From positions 219,241 to 283,240 of the forward strand of contig CAYRUR010000001.1 of assembly GCA_964427615.1 (NCBI GenBank): a stretch of DNA of 64,000 nt. The letters run 5' to 3'. A program made the translations under genes and the position numbers. Position 1 is the first letter of the stretch. Each line of letters begins with the position of its first letter. A model generated the notes under the pieces. That model ran no database searches. It worked only from the letters and a program-made list of their open reading frames with translations, and was not told the DNA's origin. The stretch is from an uncultured Gammaproteobacteria bacterium. Its GTDB lineage: Bacteria; Patescibacteriota; Microgenomatia; Levybacterales; GWA1-39-11. Below, piece by piece: positions 37,000-48,476 of the stretch.

Positions 37000-39900
37000 G
37001 TGCTTATGGATACAAGAAAAAAGAACAACAATAATAAAAAATTCGATGTTATTAACGTCGCTGGATTTTCAGGACTAAAAATTCTAGTTGCTGATTCCAA
37101 AGACATCATGGATTGGTCTTATGGAGAAGTTACCAAGCCAGAGACTATCAATTACAGAACCTTTAGACCAGAAAAAGATGGACTTTTTGATGAAAGAATC
37201 TTTGGTCCAACCAGAGACTTTGAATGCTACTGTGGTAAATACAAGAGAATCCGCTACAAGGGTATTATTTGTGACAGATGTGGTGTTGAGGTTACCTACT
37301 CTCGAGTAAGAAGAGAGCGCATGGGTCATATTAAGCTTGCATCTCCAGTAATTCACGTGTGGTTTTCTAAAGGTACTCCTTCAAGACTTTCTACTTTACT
37401 TGATGTCCCTCAAAAAGACCTCGAATCAGTTATTTATTTTGCCAGCTACTTAGTAACTGGTGTTAATGAGGAGAAAAGAAAAGAAGCACAGCAAAAACTT
37501 GAGGATATCAAAAATAGAAGAATTGATGAACTTAAAAAGCAGGTAGAGACAGAAAAAGCATCACTTGAGACTGAAGAGCAAGAAAAATTAAAAGACGTTG
37601 AAAAAACAGTAAAGACAGAGCAGAGAGAATTAGTTGTAGATGAGGTCGCCAGACAATACAGACAAAAAAGAGTAGTCCTTGATAAAAGACTTGATACCGA
37701 AACAAAGAGAATCGAGGAAATTGTAGGACGAGTAGGTGATATTATTAATAACTTGCGCGTATGGCACGTACTTTCAGAAGAAGAATACGTACGTCTTGTT
37801 GAGTACGACATTCCAATTTTCTTTGATGTAGAGACAGGTGCGGCAGCAATCTCACAAGCTGTAGACGCCTTGGATATTCCAAAATTGGTTGGTCATTTGC
37901 GTGAAGAAATTGGCAAGTCAAGCGGTCAAAGACAATTAAAGCTTCTGAAAAGATTGCATCTTATTGAAGCAATTAATAAATCTGGATTTAAACCATCTTC
38001 TTTGGTGTTAAATGTCCTTCCAGTACTTCCACCAGATCTTCGTCCAATGGTACAGCTCAATGGTGGTAGATTTGCAACCTCTGATTTAAATGATCTTTAC
38101 AGAAGAGTTATTAACAGAAATAATCGTTTGCATCACCTTATTTCTCTTGGTGCTCCTGAAATTATTCTGCGCAATGAGAAAAGAATGTTACAGGAAGCAG
38201 TTGACTACTTGATTGATACTTCTATCAGAAAGACCGGATCTAGCAGCCAGCAGAGACAATTCAAATCCTTGTCAGATGTTCTTAGAGGAAAACAAGGTCG
38301 ATTCAGAAAGAATCTTCTTGGAAAGCGTGTAGATTACTCTGGTCGTTCAGTAATTATTGTAGGTCCAGAACTTGCATTGAATCAGTGTGGTATTCCAAAA
38401 GAAATGGCATTAGAGTTGTTTAAGCCGTTTGTCATTAGAGAAGTTATTGCACGAGGATACACCACACCAAATGCAAAAGCCGCAAAGAGATATATTGAGA
38501 AAAGATCTCCTGAAGTATTTGATATTCTTGAGGAAATCATTGAAAATCATCCAGTGTTATTGAACCGTGCTCCTACTCTGCACAAACTCGGTATTCAGGC
38601 ATTTTACCCAGTATTGGTAGAAGGATCTGCTATTAGATTGCATCCTTGTGTATGTTCTGGTTATAACGCAGACTTTGATGGAGACCAAATGGCTATTCAC
38701 GTACCACTCTCCAAAGATGCTCAAAAAGAAGCAGAAGAGCTTATGATGCCGGTACACAACCTCTTGAAACCCGCAGATGGTAGCCCTGTCACTTTGCCAA
38801 ACAAAGAAATGGCTCTCGGTTCTTACTACCTTACTAGCATAGATGAAAGACTGAGAAAAGAAAATCTTCCTGTTTTTGCTGATGAGCAAGAAGCACATTT
38901 GGCATACTCTTTGAAGAAGATTTCCCTAAGACAGCCTATCAAAGTAAAGATAAATGGTGAAATCCTTGAAACCACGATGGGAAGAATCATCTTCAACGAA
39001 AAACTTCCTCAAGGAATGGCCTTTATTAATGATAGTGTTAGAGCAAAGTCCATTACCAAGATTATTACTAAAGCAATGGTTGAATATCCAGAAGAGGAAG
39101 TTGCCAGAACTATTGACGCTATTAAGGAAATTGGATTCTGGTCAGCAACTATTTCAGGTATTTCAGTTTCTACCTTTGATTTGAAGATGTATCCAGAGAA
39201 AGAAGGGCTTTTGAAAGAAGCTGATAAGAAGGTAAAAGAAATTGAAGAAGAGTATCAAAACGGTCTTATTACCCAAGCAGAGCAAAAGAGACTTGCTAAC
39301 AATGTTTGGATGGATCTGACTGAGAGAATGGCAAATCTTACTTGGGATTTGTTTGAGAAGCATGATATGGTAAATATTATTGCTGAATCAGGAGGAGCTC
39401 GTGCAGGAAAAGACCAGATCAAGCAGATGGCTGCTATGAGAGGATTGATGTACGATCCATTGGGAAGAATCGTAGAGCTGCCGGTTAAATCTAACTTCCG
39501 TGAAGGTCTTTCTATTTTCGAGTACGTTAACTCAGCAAGAGGTTCACGCAAAGGATTGACTGACTCAGCACTCAGAACTGCTGATGCAGGATACTTGACC
39601 AGAAGATTGGTTGATGTAGCTCATGATGCTATTATTAGAGAGGAAGAATGTGGTAGTGAAGAAGGTTTAACTGTCAATGTCGCAGACAAAGATAACAAAG
39701 ATTACATCAATAACATGATCTTAGGCCGCGTAGTCTTGTCTGATATCAAGAGCAAAGATTCCAAGAAAGTATTGGTAAAGAAAGGTGATATTGTAGATCA
39801 CAATGCAGTAGAAGAGGTAATTGCTGATAAGAGTATTACTGAAGTTGAGATTAGAACTCCTTTGTACTGCAAACTGAAGTATGGTATTTGTGCAAACTGC

Positions 39901-40755
39901 TATGGTTGGGATCTTTCTTCCTACAAGAAGGCTGATATTGGTACCCCAGTTGGAGTTTTGGCAGCCCAGTCTATTGGTGAGCCAGGAACTCAGCTTACCA
40001 TGCGTGTAAAGCACTTTGGAGGAGTTGTTATGTCAGACGTTACGCAAGGTTTGCCAAGAGTAGAAGAACTTTTTGAAGTCAGAAGACCAAAGAACCTTGC
40101 TCCAATTGCTGAAATTAGTGGTAAAGTAGAGGTGTCCGAAGTTGAAGATGGTATTGTTATCCGAGTAAGAAATACAAAGGTAAAACCAGCAGAAGAGAGA
40201 GAATACTTTGTACCAAAGACAGCAACTGTATTGGTTGAGGAAGGTGAGACTGTAGTAGCAGGAACTCAGCTTTGCGAAGGATATTTGGACCCAAGAGATG
40301 TTTTGAAAGTTGGTGGATTACAAGCTGCTCAAGAGTATCTTACCAAAGAAGTACAAAAGGTGTATGAGTCACAAGGTATTTCTATTCACTACAAACATTT
40401 TGAGACAATAGTACAAAAGATGTCTGATAAGGTTATGATTGTGTCTCCAGGAGATACATCTCTCTTACCAGGAGAATTAGTGAGCAAGACCAGTTTTGAA
40501 AATGAGAACGCAAATGTTATCTCAGAAGGTGGAGAACCTGCAACTGCACGAGAGACTATCTTGGGTGTTACCAAAGCAGCACTGGTTACTGACTCATGGC
40601 TTTCAGCAGCTTCTTTCCAAGAGACTACTCAGGTACTGACAGAGGCAGCACTTGAAGGAAGAGAAGATGATCTTATTGGTTTGAAAGAAAATGTTATTGT
40701 TGGAAGACTCATCCCTGTCCGCGAGGAGTTCATTGAAAGTGGACAGCCTGCCTAA
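37000..40755 (+). CDS. rpoC: DNA-directed RNA polymerase subunit beta'
   Basis: Zn-binding CxxC...CxxC N-terminus; NADFDGDQM catalytic motif. Confidence 0.95.
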   Translation: MLMDTRKKNNNNKKFDVINVAGFSGLKILVADSKDIMDWSYGEVTKPETINYRTFRPEKDGLFDERIFGPTRDFECYCGKYKRIRYKGIICDRCGVEVTYSRVRRERMGHIKLASPVIHVWFSKGTPSRLSTLLDVPQKDLESVIYFASYLVTGVNEEKRKEAQQKLEDIKNRRIDELKKQVETEKASLETEEQEKLKDVEKTVKTEQRELVVDEVARQYRQKRVVLDKRLDTETKRIEEIVGRVGDIINNLRVWHVLSEEEYVRLVEYDIPIFFDVETGAAAISQAVDALDIPKLVGHLREEIGKSSGQRQLKLLKRLHLIEAINKSGFKPSSLVLNVLPVLPPDLRPMVQLNGGRFATSDLNDLYRRVINRNNRLHHLISLGAPEIILRNEKRMLQEAVDYLIDTSIRKTGSSSQQRQFKSLSDVLRGKQGRFRKNLLGKRVDYSGRSVIIVGPELALNQCGIPKEMALELFKPFVIREVIARGYTTPNAKAAKRYIEKRSPEVFDILEEIIENHPVLLNRAPTLHKLGIQAFYPVLVEGSAIRLHPCVCSGYNADFDGDQMAIHVPLSKDAQKEAEELMMPVHNLLKPADGSPVTLPNKEMALGSYYLTSIDERLRKENLPVFADEQEAHLAYSLKKISLRQPIKVKINGEILETTMGRIIFNEKLPQGMAFINDSVRAKSITKIITKAMVEYPEEEVARTIDAIKEIGFWSATISGISVSTFDLKMYPEKEGLLKEADKKVKEIEEEYQNGLITQAEQKRLANNVWMDLTERMANLTWDLFEKHDMVNIIAESGGARAGKDQIKQMAAMRGLMYDPLGRIVELPVKSNFREGLSIFEYVNSARGSRKGLTDSALRTADAGYLTRRLVDVAHDAIIREEECGSEEGLTVNVADKDNKDYINNMILGRVVLSDIKSKDSKKVLVKKGDIVDHNAVEEVIADKSITEVEIRTPLYCKLKYGICANCYGWDLSSYKKADIGTPVGVLAAQSIGEPGTQLTMRVKHFGGVVMSDVTQGLPRVEELFEVRRPKNLAPIAEISGKVEVSEVEDGIVIRVRNTKVKPAEEREYFVPKTATVLVEEGETVVAGTQLCEGYLDPRDVLKVGGLQAAQEYLTKEVQKVYESQGISIHYKHFETIVQKMSDKVMIVSPGDTSLLPGELVSKTSFENENANVISEGGEPATARETILGVTKAALVTDSWLSAASFQETTQVLTEAALEGREDDLIGLKENVIVGRLIPVREEFIESGQPA

Positions 40756-40778
40756 TTTATAGTAAAATACCCTACGTT

Positions 40779-41195
40779 ATGCCAACACTTAATCAACTGG
40801 TAAAAAAAGGAAGACAAAAGAAAATAAAGAAGGTCAAAGCGACTGGTCTACGTTCTATCTTTAATGCTAAAGATAGAAGTTATAAAGAGAATGCTTCTCC
40901 ACAGAAAAGAGGAGTAGTTACACTTGTGCGTACAATGACGCCAAAAAAACCAAACTCAGCTTTGCGAAAAGTTGCCAGAGTAAAGCTTTCCAACCGTGAA
41001 GAAGTTACTGCCTATATTCAAGGTATTGGTCATAATCTTGCAGAACACGGTATCGTGTTGGTAAGAGGAGGAAGAGTAAAAGACTTACCATCTGTTAAAT
41101 ATCACTTAGTTAGAGGTAAATTTGATCTTGCCGGTGTTGAAGGAAGAACAACTTCACGCAGTAAGTATGGCGCAAAAAGGCCACAAGCAAAATAA
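40779..41195 (+). CDS. rpsL: 30S ribosomal protein S12
   Basis: [14 protein letters not shown]...[11 protein letters not shown]. Confidence 0.95.
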   Translation: MPTLNQLVKKGRQKKIKKVKATGLRSIFNAKDRSYKENASPQKRGVVTLVRTMTPKKPNSALRKVARVKLSNREEVTAYIQGIGHNLAEHGIVLVRGGRVKDLPSVKYHLVRGKFDLAGVEGRTTSRSKYGAKRPQAK

Positions 41196-41210
41196 AAGGA
41201 GAAATATACT

Positions 41211-41693
41211 ATGCCAAGAGGTGGAAAAAACATAAAAAGAAGAACAGTTGAAGAAGACCCAATGTATGGGAGTGTCTTAGTTTCAAAATTCATTAACAGA
41301 CTGATGGTTGATGGAAAGAAGACAACTGCACAACGGGTAGTGTACGGTGCATTTGAACTTCTGAAAGAACAAGGACATGCTGATCCCTTGGATGTGTTTG
41401 AAACAGCCCTTGATAATGTAGGACCTCAGCAAGAAGTAAGAGCTAAAAGAATTGGTGGAGCAGCCTATCAGGTACCTACAGAGGTTAGAGGTAATCGACG
41501 TATGTCTTTGGCTATTCGCTGGATTTTAGAAGCTGCAAAGAAAAGATCAGATGCTGAGTACAAAACAATGGCTGCAAAACTCGCTGCAGAATTTTTAGCT
41601 GCAAAAAATAGCGAAGGTGAGGCAATTCGCAAGAAAGAAATCGCTCACAAAATGGCAGAATCTAACAAAGCGTTTGCTCACTTCAGATGGTAA
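41211..41693 (+). CDS. rpsG: 30S ribosomal protein S7
   Basis: Typical S7 sequence; RBS AAGGAG upstream. Confidence 0.93.
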   Translation: MPRGGKNIKRRTVEEDPMYGSVLVSKFINRLMVDGKKTTAQRVVYGAFELLKEQGHADPLDVFETALDNVGPQQEVRAKRIGGAAYQVPTEVRGNRRMSLAIRWILEAAKKRSDAEYKTMAAKLAAEFLAAKNSEGEAIRKKEIAHKMAESNKAFAHFRW

Positions 41694-41724
41694 GCTAAGC
41701 TTGTTAGTTAATTCCTCTTTAGAA

Positions 41725-41748
41725 GTCGCCTTCAGGCGATTTTTTTAT
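41725..41748 (+). terminator. Intrinsic terminator after rpsG (TCGCC-TTCA-GGCGA hairpin plus T7)
   Basis: Hairpin 41726-41739 followed by TTTTTTT. It overlaps the stop codon of the convergent minus-strand gene. Confidence 0.55.
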
Positions 41749-42452
41749 ATCTCAATAATAGCATATGGTTTTTTAGGGTTTAATTTATGCATGACTGGAT
41801 ATGAGACATTGTAAACCGCAATACCTCTGGGTGTTTTTCCCTTATGTGTACCGTGATGAGCATGTCCATGGAAAACAGCAAAAGCAGCAGAACGGTCTAT
41901 GGGGTCTACCAGTCGGGATGAGCCTAAAAAAGGATATATCTCTTTTGCTTCACCTTCAAGAGTGTCTGTGATAGGCGCATAATGGAGTACTACTATTTTT
42001 TTCGTTGTTTCGAGTTTTGATAATGCAGTCTCCAGCCTCAATGACTCATTTACCGATACTGCTACAAAATCTTTGACTGCTTTTTCTCCCCATGACTGTA
42101 GAATGTGATTCTCAAATCCTCCTGCAAATCCTTTGATTCCGGCAAAACCTATATCTTTTACTACCTGTTCTTCTCCGTCCAGTACTATGGCATGATTTTT
42201 GGCTAGTATTTGTTTTATTTTTTCTTCTTGTCCTGCCTCATAATCATGATTGCCGAGTACTGCTAGGACAGGAATAGTAAGCGGGTAGATAATTTGAGCG
42301 AGAACCTCTGCTTCTTCTATAGTTCCTCTATCAGTTAAGTCTCCACACAGGAGTATCAGATCAGACTCAGCCGCCATGTGTGAGAAAAGCTCTCCGTGAT
42401 CTGTATCACTTATCCTGCCAATATGTAAATCAGCCACTGCTGCTATTTTCAT
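41745..42452 (-). CDS. Calcineurin-like metallophosphoesterase
   Basis: AAVADLHIG, GDLTDRG and GNHDYE motifs. Confidence 0.8.
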   Translation of the reverse strand: MKIAAVADLHIGRISDTDHGELFSHMAAESDLILLCGDLTDRGTIEEAEVLAQIIYPLTIPVLAVLGNHDYEAGQEEKIKQILAKNHAIVLDGEEQVVKDIGFAGIKGFAGGFENHILQSWGEKAVKDFVAVSVNESLRLETALSKLETTKKIVVLHYAPITDTLEGEAKEIYPFLGSSRLVDPIDRSAAFAVFHGHAHHGTHKGKTPRGIAVYNVSYPVMHKLNPKKPYAIIEI

Positions 42453-42545
42453 CCGTACAGATATATTACTTATGGTAGATGAAGGGATAGTAAAAAAAGT
42501 GTAAGAAGGGAGTTAAGGAATATGTACTTGCTTGCTAGTTGAAGA

Positions 42546-43244
42546 TTACTCAATGCTGATGCTTAAAATTTTATCTCCTATTTCAATTTTCTCAACTACA
42601 TCCATACCTTCTGTAACTTCCCCAAAGTTAGTGTACTGCTTGTTAAGCCAACTGGCATCTTTTTTGGTAATAAAAAATTGGGCATCATTGGAAACTGCGA
42701 TATCACTGCCTCGGGCAATTCCTACAGATCCTTTTACAAAAGCATGGTCATTGAGTTCTGTTCTCATTTTGCCTCCTCCTGTGCCATCACCCTTGGGATC
42801 TCCACCTTGAATAACCCAATCCTCTACACGATGAAAAGTGAGGTCTTGATAAAAGCCACTTGCAGCTTTGTTGGCGAAGTTAGCAACGGTTTGGGGTGCG
42901 TCATTACTAAATAATTGGATAGTAATATCTCCTTTTGTTGTTTTGATAACTGCTTTTTCTACTGTTGCCACTGGTTGACTATTCTGAGGCACAGATTGTT
43001 GAGGTTGTTGCTGCATTTGCTGTTGTTGGGCAGGAGCGGCTTGCTGCTGTTGCGGGTTGATAAAGGACTGATTTTGATTTCCATTCAAGAGTAATGATTT
43101 ATTATCAATGGTAGGTGATGGACCGTAATTGGTAAGAGAAGGTGCAGTTGAAGATGTGTTGTTTTGATTGAGAAAAAATACCAGAGCAACAATTGCGATA
43201 ATAACAATGGAGAAAATAGTAAAATTAAGACCACTACTATTCAT
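42546..43244 (-). CDS. Cyclophilin-type peptidyl-prolyl isomerase with an N-terminal TM and a Gln-rich linker
   Basis: FHRV..WVIQGGDP...GGG cyclophilin core; the linker is QQQQAAPAQQQQMQQQPQQ. Confidence 0.85.
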   Translation of the reverse strand: MNSSGLNFTIFSIVIIAIVALVFFLNQNNTSSTAPSLTNYGPSPTIDNKSLLLNGNQNQSFINPQQQQAAPAQQQQMQQQPQQSVPQNSQPVATVEKAVIKTTKGDITIQLFSNDAPQTVANFANKAASGFYQDLTFHRVEDWVIQGGDPKGDGTGGGKMRTELNDHAFVKGSVGIARGSDIAVSNDAQFFITKKDASWLNKQYTNFGEVTEGMDVVEKIEIGDKILSISIE

Positions 43245-43282
43245 AATGCGTTTTTGATTATACCAAATAATTACAATAAGCG

Positions 43283-44383
43283 TTATAACTTGATAAGGTC
43301 TTTGGAAGATATAGTAAGAATTCTAATACCTTTTTTCGTATACAATATCGTGTCTTCAATGCGTATACCTGCCAAGTTGGGTACATAAATACCTGGTTCT
43401 ACGGTAACAACCATGTTGTCCTTAAGCGTACCCTCAGCGTGAGGAGAAAGGGCTGGTGACTCATGCACGTCTATCCCTATGCTATGTCCTAACCCATGCG
43501 CAAAAGGTTCAAAATTATGATTCTGAATGATGTTAAAAGCGTATTGATGGACTGCAGATAACTGCAAGTTTTCAGAAGCTTGATCTTGCATCATTTGTAG
43601 GGTGGCTTCTTGAGCAGTGCGAGTCGCATGATACATTTCTTGTACCTGTGGCGAGGTATTACCAAAAAAAACCGTTCTACTCATATCAGCGCAATAGTTA
43701 TGTACCTTTGCTCCAAAATCAAAGAGAATAACACCATCTGCTGCTTCTAGTGCTTTTTGTCCTGTATGGTGATGTGGGATAGCTGCGTGTGAGCCAAAAG
43801 CAACAATAGAGGGGAAGGCAAGATCTGCTCCTTCTTTTTTGATAAAGTATTCAAGTTCTAGTGCCAATTCATACTCTTTGACTCCTTCTTTGGTAAAAGG
43901 AAGAATATGCTCAAATGCTTTGTCAGTAAGTTGTGAGGCTTGAGTGATGTACTCTATTTCTTCCTCATCTTTTATCATACGCAGTGTTTCAACAGATGTT
44001 TTGATACTTGCTAGTTTTATGCCTGAAAGACTTTTTTTCAGTTCCAAATACTCCCAAAGCAGCATATCTTTTCCTTCAAATCCGAGCATCTTTACGTGTT
44101 CTTTATGCAAAATGCTGCCAATTTCTGCAAACAGATCGTACTTTGCTTTTATTTCAACTACCTGTATGGCTGGATTTGTGATTGCATCTGAATAGCGCTT
44201 GTCAGTAAAAAGGTATATTTGGTTTTCAGTGACTAGCAAGAACCCATCTCGTTCTGCTCCTAAAAATAAATCTATGCTGGTAAGGTAAAAAATATTACTA
44301 GGGTTGGTAATAAAGACTGCTTGTATATCCTGAGGCGCAAAAGTATCACGTAGTTTTCTAATCCGCTCTTTTTTCATACTCAT
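43283..44383 (-). CDS. M24-family Xaa-Pro aminopeptidase
   Basis: HGLGHSIGIDVHE metal-binding motif; the pita-bread fold order is D...D...H...E...E. Confidence 0.85.
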   Translation of the reverse strand: MSMKKERIRKLRDTFAPQDIQAVFITNPSNIFYLTSIDLFLGAERDGFLLVTENQIYLFTDKRYSDAITNPAIQVVEIKAKYDLFAEIGSILHKEHVKMLGFEGKDMLLWEYLELKKSLSGIKLASIKTSVETLRMIKDEEEIEYITQASQLTDKAFEHILPFTKEGVKEYELALELEYFIKKEGADLAFPSIVAFGSHAAIPHHHTGQKALEAADGVILFDFGAKVHNYCADMSRTVFFGNTSPQVQEMYHATRTAQEATLQMMQDQASENLQLSAVHQYAFNIIQNHNFEPFAHGLGHSIGIDVHESPALSPHAEGTLKDNMVVTVEPGIYVPNLAGIRIEDTILYTKKGIRILTISSKDLIKL

Positions 44384-44448
44384 ATGCTTTTTTTATTTTA
44401 GCACACGGGTATGAAGGCTTAGAACTAACTAAATGCTATACTTGCAGG

Positions 44449-44510
44449 TTTACAAATATCTCTCTATGAGGTAAAATAGCTAAGTCTTCTTAAAAAGACG
44501 TGTTTTTTTA
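44449..44510 (+). promoter_or_regulatory. Putative fusA promoter TTTACA-N17-TAAAAT followed by a weak hairpin plus T-tract in the leader
   Basis: TTTACA 44449-44454, TAAAAT 44472-44477, hairpin GTCTT/AAGAC 44484-44499, then TGTTTTTTTATTGTTTT. Confidence 0.35.
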
Positions 44511-44525
44511 TTGTTTTAAAAATAT

Positions 44526-46637
44526 ATGGCTGACAAAAATAATAGACTCTATCCATTAGATAAAATTAGAAACATTGGAATCATTGCTCACATTGATTCC
44601 GGTAAAACGACCACCACTGAGCGTATTCTCTACTACACTGGTAGAAGTTACAAGATTGGAGATATTGATGAAGGAAATACAGTCATGGACTGGATGGATC
44701 AGGAAAGAGAGCGTGGTATTACTATTGTTTCTGCTGCTACTACCACCTTCTGGAAAGATACCCGTATTAACATTATTGATACTCCCGGACACGTAGACTT
44801 TACCGCAGAAGTAGAACGCTCTTTGCGTATTCTTGATGGTGCTGTAACTGTACTTGATGCAGAAGAAGGAGTACAGTCTCAATCTGAAACTGTGTGGAGA
44901 CAAGCTGATAAATATAACGTTCCTCGTCTTTGTTTTGTCAACAAAATGGACAAGATTGGCGCAGACTTCTTAAAGACTGTCAAGAGTATTGAGGAGAGAC
45001 TCGGTGCAAATCCTGTTATTATGGTGCTTCCTATTGGTGCTGAAAGTGATTTTGTGGGAGTATTTGACCTTCTAAATATGAAATCTATTGTGTGGAGTGG
45101 TGAGGATTTGGGAGCGAAATTCACTGTTTCTGATGATATTCCAGCAGGTATGGAAGCCCAAATTGAAGAGTACAGAAATAAGATGATTGAAAAGATTGCA
45201 GAGACAGATGATGCACTTCTTGAAAAATATTTCAGTGGAGAAGAAATTTCCAATGAAGAGTTACAGCAGGCACTCAGAAGCGCAACTATTGCTTATAAAG
45301 TTGTACCTATTTATGCAGGATCATCTTTGAGAAATAAAGGAGTACAGCCTCTACTTGATGCAGTAGTAAGTTATCTTCCGTCTCCTGCAGACTTAAAAGA
45401 AGTGAAAGGACTACATCCAAGAACTGGTGAGGAAGAGACTCGACAGCTTATTTTGGAAGAGCCTCTTTCAGCATTTGCTTTTAAAGTACAGGTAGATCCT
45501 CATGTAGGTAAAATTACGTATCTAAGAATTTATTCAGGAAAACTTGAATCAGGATCTTATGCGTATAATAGCTCTAAAGATACTAAAGAGCGAGTGGGAC
45601 GACTGCTTTTGATGCACGCTAACCAAAGAGAAGAAATTAAAGAAGCCTATGCTGGTGAAATTGTTGCTGTTGTAGGACTCAAAGAAACCGTTACTGGAGA
45701 CACGCTTTGTGATCAGGACCATCCTATTGTTTTAGAGCAAATTACCTTCCCAGAACCTGTTATTTCTCTTGCTATTGAGCCAAAAACAAAATCAGATCAG
45801 GAAAAATTAGGTGCAGCCATGAAAAGGTTGATGGAGGAAGATCCTACCTTTACTGTAAAAACAGATCATGATACTGCTCAGACTATTATTTCCGGTGTAG
45901 GAGAATTGCAATTGGATATTATGGTAGAGCGTATGAAGAGAGAATTTGGAGTGGAGGCAAATGTAGGTGCTCCACAAGTGGCTTATAAAGAGACTATCAC
46001 TGGTAGTGCAGAAGCAGAAGGAAAATACATCAGACAAACCGGAGGACGTGGTCAGTATGGACATTGTATGATTCGCATTGAGCCAAAAGGCCGTGGTGAA
46101 GGGTATGAATTTGTTGATGCTATTAAAGGTGGAGCAATTCCAAGTGAGTTTATCAAATCAGTACAAAATGGTATCAAAGAAGCAATGGAAAATGGTGTGC
46201 TTCTCGGGTATCAGCTTACTGACTTGAAGGTTACTTTGTACGATGGATCATTCCATGAGGTTGACTCTTCTGATATCGCCTTTAAGATTGCTGGAAGCCA
46301 GGCATTACAGTCTGGTGCACGCAAAGCACAACTTACCCTTTTGGAGCCTATTATGAAGGTAGAAGTAACCACTCCTGAAGAATTTATGGGAGATGTTATT
46401 GGTGATCTTTCCTCCAAGAGAGCACAAATCCTGGGTACTGAGGAAAGAGGAAATGCTCGCATTATTAAAGCCATGGTACCATTGGCAGAACTTACGGGAT
46501 ACGCTACTTCACTACGTTCTATTACGCAGGGACGAGCCACTCCTTACGTTGAGCCTTCTCATTATGAGGAAGTACCAAAGAATATTATTGATCAAATGCT
46601 TTCAAAATCTACCTTCTCAGGAAGAATTGAAGCTTAG
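44526..46637 (+). CDS. fusA: Elongation factor G
   Basis: AHIDSGKTT and DTPGHVDF motifs; full five-domain length. Confidence 0.95.
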   Translation: MADKNNRLYPLDKIRNIGIIAHIDSGKTTTTERILYYTGRSYKIGDIDEGNTVMDWMDQERERGITIVSAATTTFWKDTRINIIDTPGHVDFTAEVERSLRILDGAVTVLDAEEGVQSQSETVWRQADKYNVPRLCFVNKMDKIGADFLKTVKSIEERLGANPVIMVLPIGAESDFVGVFDLLNMKSIVWSGEDLGAKFTVSDDIPAGMEAQIEEYRNKMIEKIAETDDALLEKYFSGEEISNEELQQALRSATIAYKVVPIYAGSSLRNKGVQPLLDAVVSYLPSPADLKEVKGLHPRTGEEETRQLILEEPLSAFAFKVQVDPHVGKITYLRIYSGKLESGSYAYNSSKDTKERVGRLLLMHANQREEIKEAYAGEIVAVVGLKETVTGDTLCDQDHPIVLEQITFPEPVISLAIEPKTKSDQEKLGAAMKRLMEEDPTFTVKTDHDTAQTIISGVGELQLDIMVERMKREFGVEANVGAPQVAYKETITGSAEAEGKYIRQTGGRGQYGHCMIRIEPKGRGEGYEFVDAIKGGAIPSEFIKSVQNGIKEAMENGVLLGYQLTDLKVTLYDGSFHEVDSSDIAFKIAGSQALQSGARKAQLTLLEPIMKVEVTTPEEFMGDVIGDLSSKRAQILGTEERGNARIIKAMVPLAELTGYATSLRSITQGRATPYVEPSHYEEVPKNIIDQMLSKSTFSGRIEA

Positions 46638-46676
46638 AATCCCCTATATTCTGTAATTATTATCCTTATATCCCTT

Positions 46677-47246
46677 ATGTCATCAAGATCTACTGAAAGA
46701 GGAGAAAATGTTATTTCTTTTCCTGTCTCCCATACAAGAGATGTTTCTACCCCTCGTGATTTACCAGAAGGACACATAGCAGAGGTTATCCCTTTCCCCA
46801 CTGATGAAAAACAAGAATCAATGGCTCTTGCAGAGGAAATTGCAAAAGAATTGAAAGCAATGTATGTAGGAGAGGAAGATGAGGATGGTAGAGTAAAAAA
46901 ACACAGATTTGTATTTCACAGGTTACCTGTAATAAGAGATGGAGAAGTAGCATATTCATATCTTGATATTGATGTGTTAGCAAACAGTGTATTTTTTTCT
47001 GCACAGGATGGATTAAGAATAGAGGTTAATGGGGTAACAGAAATAAAGGTGCGTAAAAATTGTGTTGATTTTAATAAACAAGATGAGTCAGGAGTAACTA
47101 GATTGCACATAAACAGTAATGGAAATGCTAGTTTGAGCCAATCATCAAATATGGTTGTTTTACTTGAAAACTTAGAAACACGCCCTGAAGGATCAGAAGA
47201 AGCATTAAGCAATTTATTGCAGTTCCACCGTGAAGATGGAGAATAG
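46677..47246 (+). CDS. Hypothetical protein
   Basis: 189-aa ORF between fusA and aclB with no recognisable motif. Confidence 0.35.
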   Translation: MSSRSTERGENVISFPVSHTRDVSTPRDLPEGHIAEVIPFPTDEKQESMALAEEIAKELKAMYVGEEDEDGRVKKHRFVFHRLPVIRDGEVAYSYLDIDVLANSVFFSAQDGLRIEVNGVTEIKVRKNCVDFNKQDESGVTRLHINSNGNASLSQSSNMVVLLENLETRPEGSEEALSNLLQFHREDGE

Positions 47247-47292
47247 ATTCGATTGCATTCATTCTTCTCTTTACCTATAATGTACTCACTGT

Positions 47293-48474
47293 ATGGCTCG
47301 CAAAAAAATCTCTGAATACGCAGCAAAGAACTTATTGTACCGTTTTTTAGACACTCCTTATACTGGTATTAGTATCCACTCATCACAAGATTTAGAAAAA
47401 ATACAAACCCTCTCAACTGAGAAAACATATGTCGTAAAAGTTGATGAAGGGGTAAAGGGAAGGTTTAAGAAAGGGTTGGTGTTACTTGATGTTACCAAAG
47501 AGGACATACCTGCATCCATAAAAAAATTAGAAGAAAAAGGATATACCCAGTTTTTAGTTGAAGAGTTTTACCATTATAAGGCAGAAGAAGAGCATTATTT
47601 AGCAATTGAAAGAGTACGAGAGGGATACAAATTGCTGTATTCTGAAAAAGGTGGCATTGCCATTGAGGAACATGTAGCAGCAGTACAAGAAAAGATTTTC
47701 ACTACCAAAGAAGGAATAGAATCTGTTGCTACAGAATTACATCTGGATCCTTTACTGTTGCTCAATATTTTGGAGGTTTTTGATGCGTATTACTTCTCCT
47801 TTTTAGAAATAAATCCTTTTATTAAAAAAGACAACCGCTTTATTCCTGTTGACCTAGCAGTAGAAGTAGACAGTGCAGGTGCATTTTTTGTGCAGAACGG
47901 CTGGAAGCAAGAGGATATGGTGGAAGAAGGAAAAGACAAAACAAAAGAGGAAAAAAATATTGATATGCTCTCTTCCAAAAGCCAGGCTTCTTTTAAATTG
48001 AATATGTTGCATACAGATGGTTCTCTTTTTATGCTCTTATCAGGTGGGGGAGCAAGCCTGGTAGTAGCAGATGAGGCATATAATTTAGGTTTTGGCAAAG
48101 AAGTAGCAAATTATGGCGAATATAGTGGCAATCCAACAGAAGAGGAGACATATATTTACACGAAAAATTTGTTACAGCTTTTACTACAATCAAGCGCAAA
48201 ACAAAAAATGCTGATAATAGCAGGGGGAGTGGCCAATTTTACGGATGTAAGGATTACGTTTAGGGGTATTATAAAAGCACTGGATGAAGTAAAAGAAACC
48301 TTGCAACAAGAAGAGGTAAAAGTATATGTAAGACGAGGTGGACCTAACCAAGAAGAAGGTTTGGCAATGATGAAAGAATTCTTAACAAAAGAACAGCTGT
48401 ATGGACAGGTAAGTGGTCCTGAAATTGTCTTAACAGATGTTGTTAAAAATGCAGTTGCGTTACTTGAAAAATAA
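47293..48474 (+). CDS. aclB: ATP-citrate lyase beta (small, ATP-grasp) subunit
   Basis: By-eye alignment to human ACLY N-terminus. MARKKISEYAAKNLLYRFL matches MSAKAISEQTGKELLYKFI. SGGGASLVVADE...ANYGEYSGNP and IIAGGVANFTDV...VRRGGPNQEEGL also match. Confidence 0.85.
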   Translation: MARKKISEYAAKNLLYRFLDTPYTGISIHSSQDLEKIQTLSTEKTYVVKVDEGVKGRFKKGLVLLDVTKEDIPASIKKLEEKGYTQFLVEEFYHYKAEEEHYLAIERVREGYKLLYSEKGGIAIEEHVAAVQEKIFTTKEGIESVATELHLDPLLLLNILEVFDAYYFSFLEINPFIKKDNRFIPVDLAVEVDSAGAFFVQNGWKQEDMVEEGKDKTKEEKNIDMLSSKSQASFKLNMLHTDGSLFMLLSGGGASLVVADEAYNLGFGKEVANYGEYSGNPTEEETYIYTKNLLQLLLQSSAKQKMLIIAGGVANFTDVRITFRGIIKALDEVKETLQQEEVKVYVRRGGPNQEEGLAMMKEFLTKEQLYGQVSGPEIVLTDVVKNAVALLEK

Positions 48475-48476
48475 CT

